The translations under genes were made by a program, and so were the position numbers. From Squalus acanthias (taxonomy: Eukaryota), in assembly GCA_030390025.1 (NCBI GenBank), contig JASTWF010000036.1, positions 434,001 through 498,000 on the forward strand: a stretch of 64,000 nt of DNA, written 5' to 3'. The notes under the pieces are model-generated. The model was not told the DNA's origin, did no database searches, and saw nothing but the letters and a program-made list of their open reading frames with translations. Below are positions 24,915-38,737 of this stretch, in pieces (positions within the stretch are counted from its first letter, which is position 1; the number at the start of each line of letters is the position of its first letter).

Positions 24915-25570
24915 GAAATGTATAGCACAGAAGGAGGCCCTTTGTCCCACGCTCCCCGTTTTTTGACCATAACCCTGTAAACTCATCCTCGAGTGCCCAT
25001 CCAACTCCCTTTTAAAATTACTGATGGCATCAGCTTCCACCGCCTTTTGGGGTCGAGCGTTCCCGATCCCCACAACTCTCGGAAAACATTTCTCCTCATC
25101 TCCCCCTCCAGATCTTCTGCCAATGATTTTCAATCTATGTCCTCTGGTTAGTGACCCACTCGCCAGAGGGGAATAGTTTTTCTCTCTCTCTCTACTCCCA
25201 TCAAAACCCCTCATCATTTTGAAAACCCTCTATTGGGTCATCTCTTCACCTCCTCTGTTCCGAGGAGAGCAGTCCTAACTTTTCCAACCTCTCCTCCGAA
25301 CTGAAGTCCCCTCATTCCCTGGTCACATCCTGGTGTAAACCTCCTCTGCACCCTTTCTAAGGCCCGGACATCTTTCTTGACGTGCGGTGCCCAGCATTGT
25401 CCACAATACTACATACAGCTGAGGTCTAACCAGTGATTTATCAAATTCTAGTATGATCACTTTGCTTTTATATTCTATGCCTCGATTGATAAACCAAAGT
25501 CACCCGGTATGCTTTTTTTTTTAAACAAAAACACCTTCTCAGCTTGCCCCGGCCACCTTTACGGATGTGC
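24915..25570 (-). mobile_element. Degraded CR1 fragment
   Basis: Minus-strand TRGHRLKIIG and related CR1 motifs. Confidence 0.7.
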
Positions 25571-25584
25571 GTATTTGGAGTGTG

Positions 25585-26480
25585 TGCCGTGAGGAGGATG
25601 CCGAGAAACTCCAGTATGATTTGGACAGGTTGGGTGATTGGGCAGAAGCATGGCAGACGCAATATAATGTGGATAAATGCAAGGTTATCCACTTTGGTGT
25701 CAAAAACAGGAAGGCAGATTATCTGAATGGCAATAGATTGGGAGAAGGGGAAGTGCAACGAGACCTGGGTCTCCTTGTGCACCAGTTGCTGAAGGTAAGC
25801 ATGCAGGTGCAGCAGGCGGTTAAGAAGGCAAATGGTATGTTGGCCTTCATAGCGAGAGGATTCGAGTACAGGAACAAGGATGTCTTGCTGCAGTTGTACA
25901 GGGCCTTGGTGAGACCACACCTTGAGTATTGTGTGCAGTTTTGGTCACCTTATCTGAGGAAGCATGTTCTTGCCATGGAGGGAGTGCAGCGAAGATTCAC
26001 CAGACTGATACCTGGGATGGCAGGAATGACGTATGAGGAGAGATTGGGTCGATTGGGCTTGTACTCGCTGGAGTTTAGAAGAATGAGAGGGGATCTCATT
26101 GAAACTTATAAAATTCTAACAGGACTAGACAGACTAGATGCAGGAAGGATGTTCCCGATGGCGGGGGAGTCCAGAACCAGGGGTCACAGTCTAAGGATAA
26201 GGGGTAAGCCATTTAGGACTGAGATGAGGAGGAATTTCTTCACCCAGAGAGTGGTGAACCTGTGGAATTCTCTGCCACAGAAGGCAGTAGAGGCCAATTC
26301 ATTAAATATATCCAAGAAGGAGTTAGATATATTTCTTAAGGCGAAAGGGACCAAGGGATATGGGGAGAAAGCAGGGACAGGGTACTGAATTTGGATGATC
26401 AGCCATGATCGCATTAAATGGCGGAGCAGGCTCGAGGGGCTGAATGGCCTACTCCTGCTCCTATCTTTCTATGTTTCTAT
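25585..26480 (+). mobile_element. Young CR1 3' portion (open RT C-terminus)
   Basis: Uninterrupted LQYDLDRLGDWAEAWQ...KGYGEKAGTGY*, ttctatgt tail. Confidence 0.9.
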
Positions 26481-26951
26481 GACACGAAGGTCTCTCTGCT
26501 CATTCCCACCTTTTCCAAGCCGGGCCATTTATAGTGTACTGTCTTTTCGTATCAGCCCTCCCAAAATGAACAGGAAAAAGCCAAAGAATGATTGATGCCC
26601 AATGGACACCATCAGCCACCCGAAGAGAACGGTACCCTTATTGCAGAATGGGTGTTCTCGATGCAAATTGAGACAAAAGCTATACATACAATACATAAAT
26701 AAACCCGGTAACCTCAAGGTCCCCTTAGACTCCCTCACACACACACACCCTCCCACCCACTAGGGTTCAGAGCTCAGAAACCTCGGATTTAAATGACTGC
26801 CGGGTTTCGCAAACCAAAAGGAGGGTTCCATCCAGACAATTACATTTGTCGAAATGGTCAAATTATAAACCCATGGCAGATTTCCAAAGATTTTTCCCAC
26901 CCCACTTCAAAAAGAGGGAAGGTTAACAAAACACTCATGTGGCTACAGGCC

Positions 26952-26985
<34 letters not shown>

Positions 26986-27254
26986 GAAGCAGTCACCACA
27001 GAACCAAACGATGGGTGTAATTAGCTTCCCCAATAACGCAATGCATTTAAAAGCAAAATGCATGAGGAAAATGCCAATTAACAAAAAACTGTCTGGATTA
27101 CGTTGTATTGCTGAATGAAGAAATAAAATACTGAGTGCTCAATGGCAAACTGAGACACAACCAGGTCACAATTTACCCCCCTCACATGCAAAAAAAATCA
27201 AACATCAGACTCTGAACTCGGACTGCTCCAGCTCCATTTCAGGGAGTGTCAGCG

Positions 27255-28430
27255 TGCTTTAATTGTTAGCACGATCACCTGCGAGGTCAGGAAACTTGTG
27301 GTTTGAGTCCCGTTCCACGGCACTGACCTAGACGAACACTTTAGTGCAGTACTGAGGGAGCGCCGCACGGTCGGAGGGGCAGTACTGAGGGAGCGCCACA
27401 CTGTGAGAGGGGCGGTACTGAGGGAGAGCCGCACTGTCGGAGGGGCAGTACTGAGGGAGCGCCGCACTGTGAGAGGGGCGGTACTGAGGGAGAGCCGCAC
27501 TGTCGGAGGGGCAGTACTGAGGGAGAGCCGCACTGTCGGAGGGGCAGTACTGAGGGAGCGCCGCACTGCCGGAGGGGCAGTACTGAGGGAGCGCTGCACT
27601 GCCGGAGGGGCAGTACTGAGGGAGCGCCGCACCGTCGGAGGGGCAGTACTGAGGGAGCGCCGCACCGTCGGAGGGGCGGTACTGAGGGAGCGCCGCACTG
27701 TCGGAGGGGCAGTACTGAGGGAGCGCCGCACCGTCGGAGGGGCAGTACTGAGGGAGCGCCACACTGTCGGAGGGGCAGTACTGAGGGAGCGCCGCACTGC
27801 CGGAGGGGCAGTACTGAGGGAGCGCCGCACTGTCAGAGGGGCAGTACTGAGGGAGAGCCGCACTGTCGGAGGGGCGGTACTGAGGGAGCGCCGCACTGTC
27901 AGAGGGGCAGTACTGAGGGAGAGCCGCACTGTCGGAGGGGCGGTACTGAGGGAGCGCCGCACTGTCGGAGGGGCAGTACTGAGGGAGCGCCACACTGTCG
28001 GAGGGGCAGTACTGAGGGAGCGCCGCACTGCCGGAGGGGCAGTACTGAGGGAGCGCCGCACCGTCGGAGGGGCAGTACTGAGGGAGCGCCGCACCGTCGG
28101 AGGGGCAGTACTGAGGGAGGGCCGCATCGTCTGAGGGGCCGTCTTTCGGATGAGACGTTAAACACAGGTCCCGTCTGCCCTCAGGTGGACGTAAAAGATC
28201 CCACAGCCACTATTTCGAAGAGCAGGGGAGTTCTCCCCGGTGTCTTGGGGCCAATATTTATCCCTCAACCAACATCACTAAAAACAGATGATCTGGTCAT
28301 TTATCACATTTCTGTTTGTGGGAGCTTGCTGTGCGCAAATTGACTGCCGTGTTTCCCACATTACAACAATGACTACACTTTGGGGGGCGGGGAAGTACTT
28401 CATTGGTTGTAAAACACTTTGGGACAGAGT
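27255..28430 (+). mobile_element. DeuSINE-like SINE with 33-bp VNTR (~24 units)
   Basis: Degenerate head, VNTR 27345-28135, Deu-like body. Confidence 0.8.
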
Positions 28431-28894
28431 GATTAAAAACCTTTGCATCATGTGTAACCCACCCCCCGCACTCCCCAATCCAGACAAAATCAAAATTGTC
28501 AGGGGAGGTGAAAGACTCCACACCATAAGAATGATTTATCGGCAATTTACATTTCTGTTCGACCCTCGTGTTGAAAGTGAATGATACCAAGTTTATGTAT
28601 TCTCTGTGCAGAATTACCTGTCGGTGCCATAGTTATCAAAAAAATTCAATCTGAATGTAAACCCTTCCTCCATTACAGTGACATTAGAACCATATTTCTC
28701 TCTGACCCTCCCTCCACCCCCAATCATATTATCCAACCGTCAGGGCAGAATTAGATCAAGTTTAAGAACATATGGTTCTAATAAAGTCTTCAATATATGA
28801 GGTTATTAAAAACCTCTGCCTGCATCTTGTGTAAGCCCCCCCACATCCAGACAAAATTGTCGGGGCTGGGAGGGGGCAGGTGAAGGGACAAGAC

Positions 28895-29260
28895 ACAGGA
28901 GGAGGAGTAGGCCATTCGGCCCCTCGAGCCTGCTCCGCCATTCAATAAGATCATGGCTGATCTTCAACCTCAACTCCACTTTCCTGCCTGATCCCTTGTT
29001 TCTCCTAGAGCCCAAAAATCTATCGATCTCCGTCTTGAATATACTCAACGACTGAGCATCCACAACCCTCTGGGGTAGAGAATTCCAAAGATTCACCACC
29101 CTCTGAGTGAAGAAATTCCTCCTCATCTCAGTCCTCAATGGCCGACCCCTTATCCTGAGACTGTGACCCCTGGTTCTAGACTCTCCAGCCAGGGGGGGAA
29201 ACAGCCTCTCAGCATCTACCCTGTCAATCCCCCTCAGAATCTCATGTTTCAAGGAGATCA
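28895..29260 (-). mobile_element. CR1 3' fragment
   Basis: ESRTRGHSLRIRGRP..TEMRRNFFTQRVV on the minus strand. Confidence 0.85.
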
Positions 29261-29668
29261 CCTCCCATCCACCACCTTAAACATCCACTCCCTCCACCAC
29301 CGGCGCACCGTGGCTGCAGTGTGTACCATCTACAAGATGCACCGCAGCGACTCGCCAAGGCTTCTTCGGCAGCACCTCCCAAACCCGCGACCTCTACCAC
29401 CTAGAAGGACAAGGGCAGCAGGCACATGGGAACACCACCACCTCCAAGTTCCCCTCCAAGTCGCACAGCATCCCAACTTGGAAATATATCGGCCATTCCT
29501 TCATCATCGCTGGGTCAAAATCCTGGAACTCCCTCCCTAACAGCACTGTGGGAGCACCTTCACCACACGGACTGCAGCGGTTCAAGAAGGCGGCTCGAGG
29601 GGCAAATAGGGATGGGCAATAAATTCTGGTAATGCCGCAACGCCCAGATCCCAAGGGTTAATGAATAA
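29261..29668 (+). mobile_element. Non-LTR retrotransposon 3' fragment, family uncertain
   Basis: TLNIHSLHHRRTVAAVCTIYKMH, shared with 30385-30830 and 56230-56715. Resembles an RT C-terminal region. Confidence 0.65.
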
Positions 29669-30384
29669 AAGAGACGCGATCAAAATCATGAAGGGTTTCA
29701 CTAGCGTAAATAAGGAGAAACTGTTTCCACTGGCAGGAGGGGCAGTAACCAGAGGACACAGATTTAAGATAATCGGCAAAAGGGGAGATGAGTATTAATT
29801 TTTTTTTATAAACGCAGCGAGTTGTTGTGATCTGGAACGCGCTGCCTGAAAGGGCGGTGGGAGCAGATTCAATAGTAACTTTCAGAAGGGGAATTGGATA
29901 AATACTTGAAGGGGAAAAATTTGCAGGGCTACGGAGGAAAGAGTAGGCAGGGAGTGGGAGTAATTGGAGAGCTCGTTCAAAGAGCCGGCACAGGCACGAT
30001 GGGCCAAAAGGACACAAGCCGTCCAAAAGTATAGAGCCCAAATTAGACATTAGTCGGGTTAGCAGCCAACTTAACATTCCCAATAACATTTTTACAGCTG
30101 TCTTGTGCAGCCCCGGTGTGTGTTTTCTTCCCCCGCACCCACCAGCCCTCCCTCCCCCAAACGCACATGACGTGAATTTAATTAATCAGTCAATACTGCA
30201 ATACACATACACTCAAATCCCGGAGTGGCATTAACAAAAAAAATAAAATCCTGCACTGGTTTACCAAATGTTACAATATTCTATTATGACTTGCGTCCAA
30301 GAGTTGCGCAATGAGTTTTCAAAAGCTGGACTCAAATCAATTTAGAAGAGAAATCACAGCTTTATGAAAAAAAGGAGTTTTTTT

Positions 30385-30830
30385 TAAAATTCGTTAATGG
30401 GATGTGGGCGTCGCTGGCAAGGCCACCATTTATTGCCCATCCCTAGTTACCCCTTGAGAAGGTGGTGGTGAGCCGCCTTCTTGAACCGCTGCAGTCCATG
30501 TGGTGAAAGTGCTCCCACATCACTGTTAGGGAGGGAGTTCCAGGATTTTGACCCAGCGATGATGAAGGAACGGCCGATATATTTCTAAGTCAGGATGCTG
30601 AGTAACTTGGAGCTGGTGGTGTTCCCATGCGCCTGCTGCCCTTGTCCTTCTCGGCGGAAGAGTTCGCGGGTTTGGGAGGTGCTGCCGAAGAAGCCTTGGC
30701 GAGTTGCTGCAGTGCATCTTGTAGAGGGTACACACTGCAGCCACGGTACGCCGGTGGTGGTGGGAGTGAATGTTTAAGGTGGTGGATGGGGCGCCGATCA
30801 AGCGGGCTGCTTTGTCCTGGATAGTGTCGC
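30385..30830 (-). mobile_element. Non-LTR retrotransposon 3' fragment, same family as 29261
   Basis: DTIQDKAARLIG..STTLNIHS.HHRRTVAAVC on the minus strand. Confidence 0.65.
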
Positions 30831-30968
30831 GCTTCCGGTCACCATTACCTATAAGCAGATTCTTATAGGGATACGGGGAAAGGGCAGGGAGTGGGACTAA
30901 CTGGGTCACTCTTCGAAAGAGCCTGCGCAGACTCGATGGGCCGAATGGCCTCCTTCCGTGCTGTACTA

Positions 30969-31545
30969 TAAGAACATAAGAAATAGGAGCAGGAGTAGGC
31001 CATACGACCCTTCGGGCCTGCTCCGCCATTCAATAGGATCATGGCTGATCCGAACCTAGACTCACGTCCACTTCCCTGCCCGCTCCCCATAACCCTTCAT
31101 TCCCTTATCAGCTTGGAGACTGTCTATCTCCGTTTTAAATTTATTTAATGTCGCAGCTTCCACAGCTCTCTGAGGTAGCAAATTCCATAGATTGACTACC
31201 CTCTGAGTGAAGAAGTTTCTCCTCATCTCAGTTTTGAAACGGCAGCCCCTTATTCTAAGATTATGCCCCCTCGTTCTAGTCTCACCCATCAGTGGAAACA
31301 TCCTCCCCGCCTCCACCCGATCAAGCCCTCTCACAATCTTATATGTTTCGATAAGATCGCCTCTCATTCTTCTGAATTCCAATGAGTAGAGGCCCAACCT
31401 ACTCAACCTTTCCTCATAAGTCAACCCCCTCATCTCCGGAATCAACCGAGTGAACCTTCTCTGAACTGCCTCGAGAGCAAGTATATCTTTTCTTAAATAT
31501 GGAAACCAAAACTGTACGCAGGATTCCAGGTGTGGCCTCACCAGT
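30969..31545 (-). mobile_element. CR1 3' fragment (close relative of 20633-21027)
   Basis: Open RPHLESCVQFW...GYGERAGKWT. Shared 3'UTR gatccgaacctagactcacgtccac. Confidence 0.88.
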
Positions 31546-32219
31546 ACCTCACCAATACCTCACTATTCTACGATTCTTCAGTGGTGGTGTTTTATAGTTC
31601 TTGTTCCACTGGTGCACAAAGACACAGGAAACGGAAGGTGCATTCTCGAGTCAAGAGCAATAGTTCCACATAACGGCTTCAGTGGTGTTCGACTGCGAAA
31701 TCAGTAAATATTATGCGAGCCACAGGAATTTTATTTAGTAAAGAGGGGGTCCTTGGCAAAAACTGTGTCGACAAGCTGATTTCCCACCCCCCACCCCCAC
31801 CCCGCCACCGCCCAGAAGCACGCACTAACAATGGTTTTATTAGCACTGAACCAAACACTTTCCCGTCTAAATCAAAATCACTACCATCTGTCTCCCATGG
31901 TACACTTTGAATTATTTCCTTCTGTGGAGGCCTAACCCTTCGCAGGGTGTAAAGAAAAATGCAGAGCCCTGTGTTATTTCGCCGATCGCCTTCCCTTTGA
32001 TTTTCTGAGCTCAAGATTCTTGCAGTGAGATCTCGATTGCGTTCCTTTTAACCCCGTTCTCAAAAGGTTCGAATCTTAAATCCAACAGAGTGTGGTTCAA
32101 GATTTGGAAAAAAATAAAAATAAATGGGGATTAGACAAGACTTTTTGGTCGATACAGATCTGATTGCAACAACAGCTTAATGTTGTAACCTCCTAGAAAA
32201 AGACATGGAAACAATCTGC

Positions 32220-32828
32220 GTCAGCTGTGGCTCAGTGGATAGCACTCTCACCCCCGAGTTAGAAGATCGTGGGTTCAAGTCCCCACTCCAGAGACTTGAG
32301 CACAAAAATCTAGGCCAACACTCCAGTGCGGCACTGAGGGAGCGCCGCACTGTCGGAGGGGCGGCACTGAGGGAGCGCCGCACTGTCGGAGGGGCGGCAC
32401 TGAGGGAGCGCCGCACTGTCGGAGGGGCGGCACTGAGGGAGCGCCGCACTGTCGGAGGGGCGGCACTGAGGGAGCGCCGCACTGTCAGAGGGCAGTACTG
32501 TCGGTGGGTCAGTGCTGTCCTTCACGTGAGACATTAATCCGAGGCCAGTCTGCCCTCTTAAGTGGACGCAAAAGATCCCACTACTTAGATGATCAGCAAG
32601 GGAGCTCTCCCAGTAAGATAATATTTATCCCTCAATGCAACATCACAAAAAAACAAACAACGATTATCTGGTCATGATGTCAATGCTGTTTGTGGGAGCT
32701 TGCTGTGTGCAAATTGGCTGCCGCGTTTCCGACATTACAACAGTAACCACACTTCAAAAAAAAAGTACTTCATTGGCTTCGGGAACGTCATGAGATCGTG
32801 AAAGGCACTGTGGAAATTCAAGTTCTTT
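32220..32828 (+). mobile_element. Complete DeuSINE-like SINE with short 33-bp VNTR (~5 units)
   Basis: Head gtcagctgtggctcagtgg...gggttcaagtccc, VNTR 32325-32500, body and L2-like tail. Confidence 0.82.
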
Positions 32829-32904
32829 TATCCTGATCACATTTGGGTAGCCTAACAGATATCCTACAACCCTGGGCTATCAGTGCAATTACACAGTATT
32901 TACA

Positions 32905-34810
32905 TCCCAGAAACAGGCCATTCGGCCCAACTGGTCCGTGCCGGTGTTTATGCTCCACACGAGCCTCCTCCCACCCCTACTCCATCTCACCCTATCACCA
33001 TATCCTTCTATTCCTTTCTCCCTCGTGTGTTTATCCAGCTTCCCCCTTAAATGCATCTGTGCTATTCGCCTCAACCACTCCCTGTGGTTGCGAGTTCCAC
33101 ATTCTCACCACTCTCTGGGTAAAGAAGTTTCTCCTGAACTTCCCATTGGATTTATTAGTGACCATCTTATATTCATGGCCCCCTAGTCCTTGAAGACAAA
33201 TTCGGTCTCGTTTAAGTGACGAGTGAGTCAGTCTCAACTTGGGGGGGGGAAGGAGAGTGGAAAATTTCTTTTCAGTGAAGAATCTTCTCGCAAACAGTTT
33301 AAGCTCATGTACCACAAGGCACCAACAAGCACGTGCGAGGATTGCACTGGGTTCTCGAGTCTCCAGAACGACACTTCATGAACCAACCTCGATTGGAAAA
33401 CATAATTTCAATAATCCCAACCTCTTCTGCAGATTTCTCACAACAGTCTTGTCGATCACAAAGCAGACTGCGGTAAATTTCACGCACTAATTACCAACTC
33501 GATTACAGAACGGTTACAGCACAGAAGGAGGCCATTCGGCCCGTACCGGCTCTCTGCAAGAGCACTTCAGCTAGTCCCACTCCCCCCCCGCCCTTTCCCC
33601 GTAGCCCTGCAAATTTTTTTCCTTCAGGTACTTATCCAACTCCCTTTTGAAAACCACGTTTGAATCTGCCTCCACCACTCTCAGGCAGCGCATTTCAGAT
33701 CACAACCACTCGCTGCGTAAAAAGGTTTTTCCTCAGGTCACCTTTGGATCTTTCGCCAATCATCTTAAATCTGTGTCCTCCAGTTGTCGACCCTTCCGCC
33801 AATGGGAATAGTTACCCTCTATCTACTCTGTCCAGACCCCCTCATGATTTTGAACACCTCCATCAAATCTCCTCTCAACCTTTCTCTGCTCCAAGGAGAA
33901 CAACCCCAGCTTCTCCACGTAACTGAAGTCCCTCATCCCTGGAACCATTCTCGTAAATCTTTTCTGCACCCTCTCTAAGGCCTTCACATCCTTCCTAAAG
34001 TGCCTTGCCCAGAATTGGGACGCGAGGGCTTTGGAGAGGGTGCAGAGGAGATTTACTAGAATGGTTCCAGGGATGAGGGATTACAGTTACATGGAGAGAC
34101 TGGAGAAGCTGGGGTTGTTCTCCTTGGAGCAGAGAAGGCTAAGAGGAGTTTTGATAGAGATTTTTTTCCCCTGGCTGGAGAGTCTAGAACTTGGGGGGGG
34201 CCATAGTCTTAGGATAAGGGGTCAGCCATTTATGACTGAGATGAGGAGGAATTTCTTCACTCAGAGGGTGGTCAATCTTTGGAATTCTCTACCCCAGAGG
34301 GCTGTGGATGCTCAGTCGTTGAGTATATTCAAGGCTGAGATCGATAGATTTTTGGACTCTAGGGGAATCGAGGGATAGGGGGATCGGGCGGGAAAGTGGA
34401 GTTTGAGGTCGAAGATCAGCCACGACCTTGCTGAATGGCGGAGCAGGCTCGAGGGGCCGAATAGCCGACTCCTGCTCCCAGTTCTTATGATAGAGTAAAT
34501 AAAGAGAAACTGTTTTCCAAAGGCAGAAGGGTCGATAACCGGAGAGCACAGATCTAAGGTGATTGGCAAAAGAACCATGAGGAAAAACGTTTTGACGCAG
34601 CGAGTGGTTAGGATTTCGAACGGGCTGTCGCCTGATAGGGCGCGGTGGATGCAGATTCAATAGCCGCCTTCCAAAATGGAATTGGATAAATACCTGGAGG
34701 AGGGAAAAAATTGCAGGGATATGGGGAAAGAGCGGGATTGCTCTTGGAAAGAGCCGGTGCAGACTCGATGGGCCGAGTGGCCTCCGTCTGTGCTGTACTA
34801 TTCTAAGATT
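32905..34810. mobile_element. Cluster of CR1 3' fragments (32905-33190 -, 33515-34020 -, 34025-34810 +)
   Basis: CR1 C-terminal motifs and 3'UTRs, with a unique spacer at ~33190-33510. Confidence 0.75.
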
Positions 34811-35514
34811 CCAACTTCTATTTTGCTGGCCGTAACCCGTTCGAGGCGAGCGTCTTTTTATATTCCCCAGATTCTGAACAGACACACTCGCGTTGGCCCA
34901 CAGTCTACACCTTCTCCAACAGGGGGGGGGGGGGGGGGGGCTTGGTACGACATTGCAAATTACACATTCGGGAGAGAAATTACACCATGCAGCGCTGGCA
35001 CACAAATTACACACTTTCAAAAAAAAGTGTTTCGCAGACCCGTTTTATCTGAACATTTGCTGTTTTCTCTGCTTCATCATTAAGTTAAATCATTGGCTTC
35101 TGCAGACATAAACAAGACAATCCTCATTATAACCGCTGCGACGTTTGTTTTTTTTTGATAGCACTGGGAGGCTTTCGCATTCGATCTTTTTTGGAGTCAG
35201 ACCAAATTAAGATAAGGCTTGGAAGGCTGAAGGTTATCGACCCAGATTGTCAGGGAGGGGTGTTTGGGGGTGGGGGGGGGGAGGGGGAGATTTTAATCCA
35301 TTTGCTCGCCGTGTTCATGGTCAGCCTCAGTCGACAACGAGAGACAGTTTAATGGGATGTCTAGCGCAGGAGGATGAGGAGGAGGAGGAAGGCTGAATCC
35401 CTAGAAAGATAAGCGAAACAGACAGTCTCCTGTTAGATTAGACACGGTGAGCAAGCATGGGGGTGGGGAGTGGCGAAGTCTTTGACCACGTGACCCATTC
35501 TAGCACAAAAGTAG

Positions 35515-36214
35515 ACTAGGCCGATATTCTCTGGGGTTTAGAAGAAAGGAGAGGTGATCTCATTGAAACGTACAAGATTCTGAAGGGGGAATCGACAGGG
35601 TAGATGCTGAGAGGTTGTTTTCCCCCCTGGCTGGAGAGTCTAGAACTAAGGGGGGGGGGGCGGGCGGGGTCACAGTCTCAGAATAAGGGGTCGGCCATTT
35701 AGGACTGAGATGAGGAGGAATTTCTTCACTCAGAGGGTGGTCAATCTTGGGAATTCTCTACCCCAGAGGGCTGTGGAGGCTCAGTCATTGGGTATATTCA
35801 AGGCTGAGATCGATAGATTTTTGGGCCCTAGGGGAAACAAGGGATCAAAGCGAGGAAGTGGAGTTGAGGTGGATGATCAGCCATGATCTACTTTCTAAGA
35901 ACATAAGAAACAGGAGTCGGCCATTTGGCCCCTCGAGGCTGCTCCGCCATTCAGTAAGATCATGGCTGATCTTCGACCTCAACTCCACTTTCCCTGCCTT
36001 TTCCCTCCCATAACCCTCGACTCCCTTGTAGCTCAAATATCTGTCCATCTCCGCCTTGAATATATTCAACGACTCGGCCTCCACAGCTCTCTGGGGCAGA
36101 GAATTCCAAAGATTCACCCCCCTCCGAGAGAAGAAATTCCTCCTCATCTCCGTCTTAAATGGGCGGCCCCCTTACCCTGAAACTATGCCGCCCCAGTTCT
36201 AGATTCCCCCACGA
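35515..36214. mobile_element. Two CR1 3' fragments tail-to-tail (+ then -)
   Basis: RRNFF.QRVVNL.NSLP on both strands. The minus copy resumes at ~36643. Confidence 0.8.
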
Positions 36215-36642
36215 ACACGGTGGCATAGTGGTTAGCACTGGTGCCTCACAGCGCCAGGGACCCGGGTTCGAATCTGACCTCGGGTGACTGTCTGTGTGGA
36301 GTTTGCACATTCTCCCCGTGTCTGCGTGGGTTTCCTCCGGGTGCTCCGGTTTCCTCCCACAGTCTAAAAATGTGCGGGTTAGGTTGATTTGGCTATGATA
36401 AATTGACCCGTAGTGTTAGGGGGGGGATCAAATATGTGGGGATAGGATGGGATATGTTAGGGGGAATTAAATACGTGGGGTTACGGGGGTAGGGTGGGAT
36501 ATGTGTACTGTGGGGATTAAAGCAGGGACAGGGTACTGGACTTGGATGATCAGCCATGATCGTATTGAATGGTGGAGCAGGCTCGACGGGCCGAATGGCC
36601 TACTCCTGCTCCTAGATTCTATGTTTCTATGTTTCTATGTTT
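36215..36642 (+). mobile_element. HE1-like V-SINE (tRNA head, V-domain, CR1-derived tail)
   Basis: cacggtggcatagtggttagcact...gggttcgaatc; tgtggagtttgcacattctccccgtgtctgcgtgggtttcctccgggtgctccggtttcctcccac; tail matches the CR1 3'UTR with (TTTCTATG)n. Possible ACGA duplication. Confidence 0.85.
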
Positions 36643-37187
36643 ACGAGGGGGAAACACCCTCTCAGCATCTACTCTGGTACAGAAATATATAAAGTTTGAG
36701 AATACTACCACTTCTTTTTTTTAAATATATAAAAGAATGTACCTAAATGGAATTTTTCTAACTGGCCAGCCAAACAGGATCATTAGCCGTCTGCTGCAGT
36801 CAGGACGTCTTTGTATACGGGCGCCTTTCTCAGCCACAGGACTGGCAAGCAGACAACCGACAGATGAAAAAAATACTTTCACACACTCCGAACAGACAAA
36901 TAGCTGTTTTCCCCCCTCTCTCGTCTTCTACGCACCATTAAAAGGAATGCGGAGTCAAGCTCTGACAGTATCGGTTCGGCAGGAATTCCAAGTCCTGATG
37001 GGGGAGAGATTTCCTTTTTTATTTTGAATGGGGAGAGGGAGAAGAGGGAGGAGAAAGACTTGTGCGTGCATTACACAGTATTTACCACAGAGAAAAAGGC
37101 CGCTCAGCCCATCTGGTGGGTGCCGGTGTTTATGCTCCACACCAGCCTCCGCCCGCCCCGACTTCATCTCACCCCATCACCCTGTCG

Positions 37188-38173
37188 AAAGAAAGACTTG
37201 CACTTACATCGCGCCTTTCACGACCACCGGACATCCCAAAGCGCTTCACAGCCAATGCAAAACTTTTTGAAGTGTGGGCACTGTTGTAATGTGGGAAACG
37301 CGGCAGTCAATTTGCGCACAGCGAGCTCCCACAAACAGCAATGCGATAATGACCAGATAATCTGTTTTAGTGATGTTGATTGAGGGATAAATATTGGCCC
37401 CAGGACACCGGGGATAACTCCCCTGCTCACCTTCGAAATAGTGGCCCGTGGGATCTTTTACTTCCACCTGAGGGGGCAGACGGGGCCTCGGTTTAACGTC
37501 TCATCTGAAAGACGGCACCTCCAACAGTGCGGCGTTCCCTCAGTACTGCCCCTCCGACAGTGCGGCGCTCCATCAGTACGGCCCCTCCGACAGTGCGGCG
37601 CTCCCTCAGTACCGCCCCCTCCGACAGTGCACCGCTCCCTCAGTACCGCCCCTCCGACAGTGCGGCACTCCCTCAGTACTGCCCCCTCCGACAGTGCGGC
37701 GTTCCCTCAGTACTGCCCCTCCGACAGTGCGGCGCTCCATCAGTACGGCCCCTCCGACAGTGCGGCGCTCCCTCAGTACCGCCCCCTCCGACAGTGCACC
37801 GCTCCCTCAGTACCGCCCCCTCAGTACCGCCCCTCCGACAGTGCGGCACTCCCTCAGTACTGCCCCCTCCGACAGTGCGGCGCTCCCTCAGTACTGCCCC
37901 TCCAACAGTGTGACGTTCCCTCAGTACTGCGCCCTCCGACAGTGCGACGCTCCCTCAGTACTGCCCCTCCGACAGCGCGGCGCTCCCTCAATACTGCCCC
38001 TCCGACAGCGCGGCGCTCCCTCAGTACTGCCCCTCCGACAGTGCGGCACTACCTCAGCACTGCACTGGAGTGTCAGCCTAGATTTACGTGCTCAAGTCTC
38101 TGGAGTGGGACCTGAACCCACAACCTTCTGACTCAAGAGGCGAGTGTGCTACCAACTGAGCCACAGCTGACAC
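37188..38173 (-). mobile_element. DeuSINE-like SINE with 33-bp VNTR (~16 units)
   Basis: Full head, body and tail on the minus strand, VNTR 37523-38063. Confidence 0.82.
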
Positions 38174-38404
38174 TTCTATTCCTTTTTCTCCCTCGTGTTC
38201 GAGAGGGAGAGGGAGATATAAATTGAGAAAAAATTGCAGCGATATGGGGAAGAAACAGCTGGGTAGTGGAACTAACTGGGTCGCTCTTCGAAAGACTCGA
38301 CGGGCTTAAAGGCCTCCTCCAGTGCTGTACTATTCCACGCTTCTATACACAAGGGAGAGGAATGAGAGCAGGGGGTTGGGAAGAGGTAACTGGAGTGGGA
38401 GACA

Positions 38405-38737
38405 ACATCCCGATGGTCGGGGAGTCCAGAACCAGGGGTCATAATCTAAGGATAAGGGGTAAGCCATTTAGGACAGAAATGAGGAAGAATTTCTTCACCC
38501 AGAGAGTGGTGAACCTGTGGAATTCTCCACCACAGAAGGTAGTTGAGGCCAAGTCATTAAATATATTCAAGAATGAGTTAGATATATTTCTTAAAGCTAA
38601 AGGGATCAAGGGATATGGGGAGAAAGCAGGGACAGGGTTCTGAATTTGGATGATCAGCCATGATCTCATCGAATGGCGGAGCAGGCTCGAGGGGCCAAAT
38701 GGCCAACTCCTGCTCCTATCTTCTATGTTTCTATGTT
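38405..38737 (+). mobile_element. Young CR1 3' fragment
   Basis: Nearly identical by eye to 39745-40068. Confidence 0.88.

Noticed and set aside
26955..26984. Long poly-G runs (also ~10545, 20320, 22918, 34922)
   Set aside because: Simple homopolymers of unreliable length with no shared context suggesting function.
36215..36290. tRNA gene
   Set aside because: A/B boxes continue directly into a SINE body. This is a tRNA-derived head, like those at 12393 and 32220.
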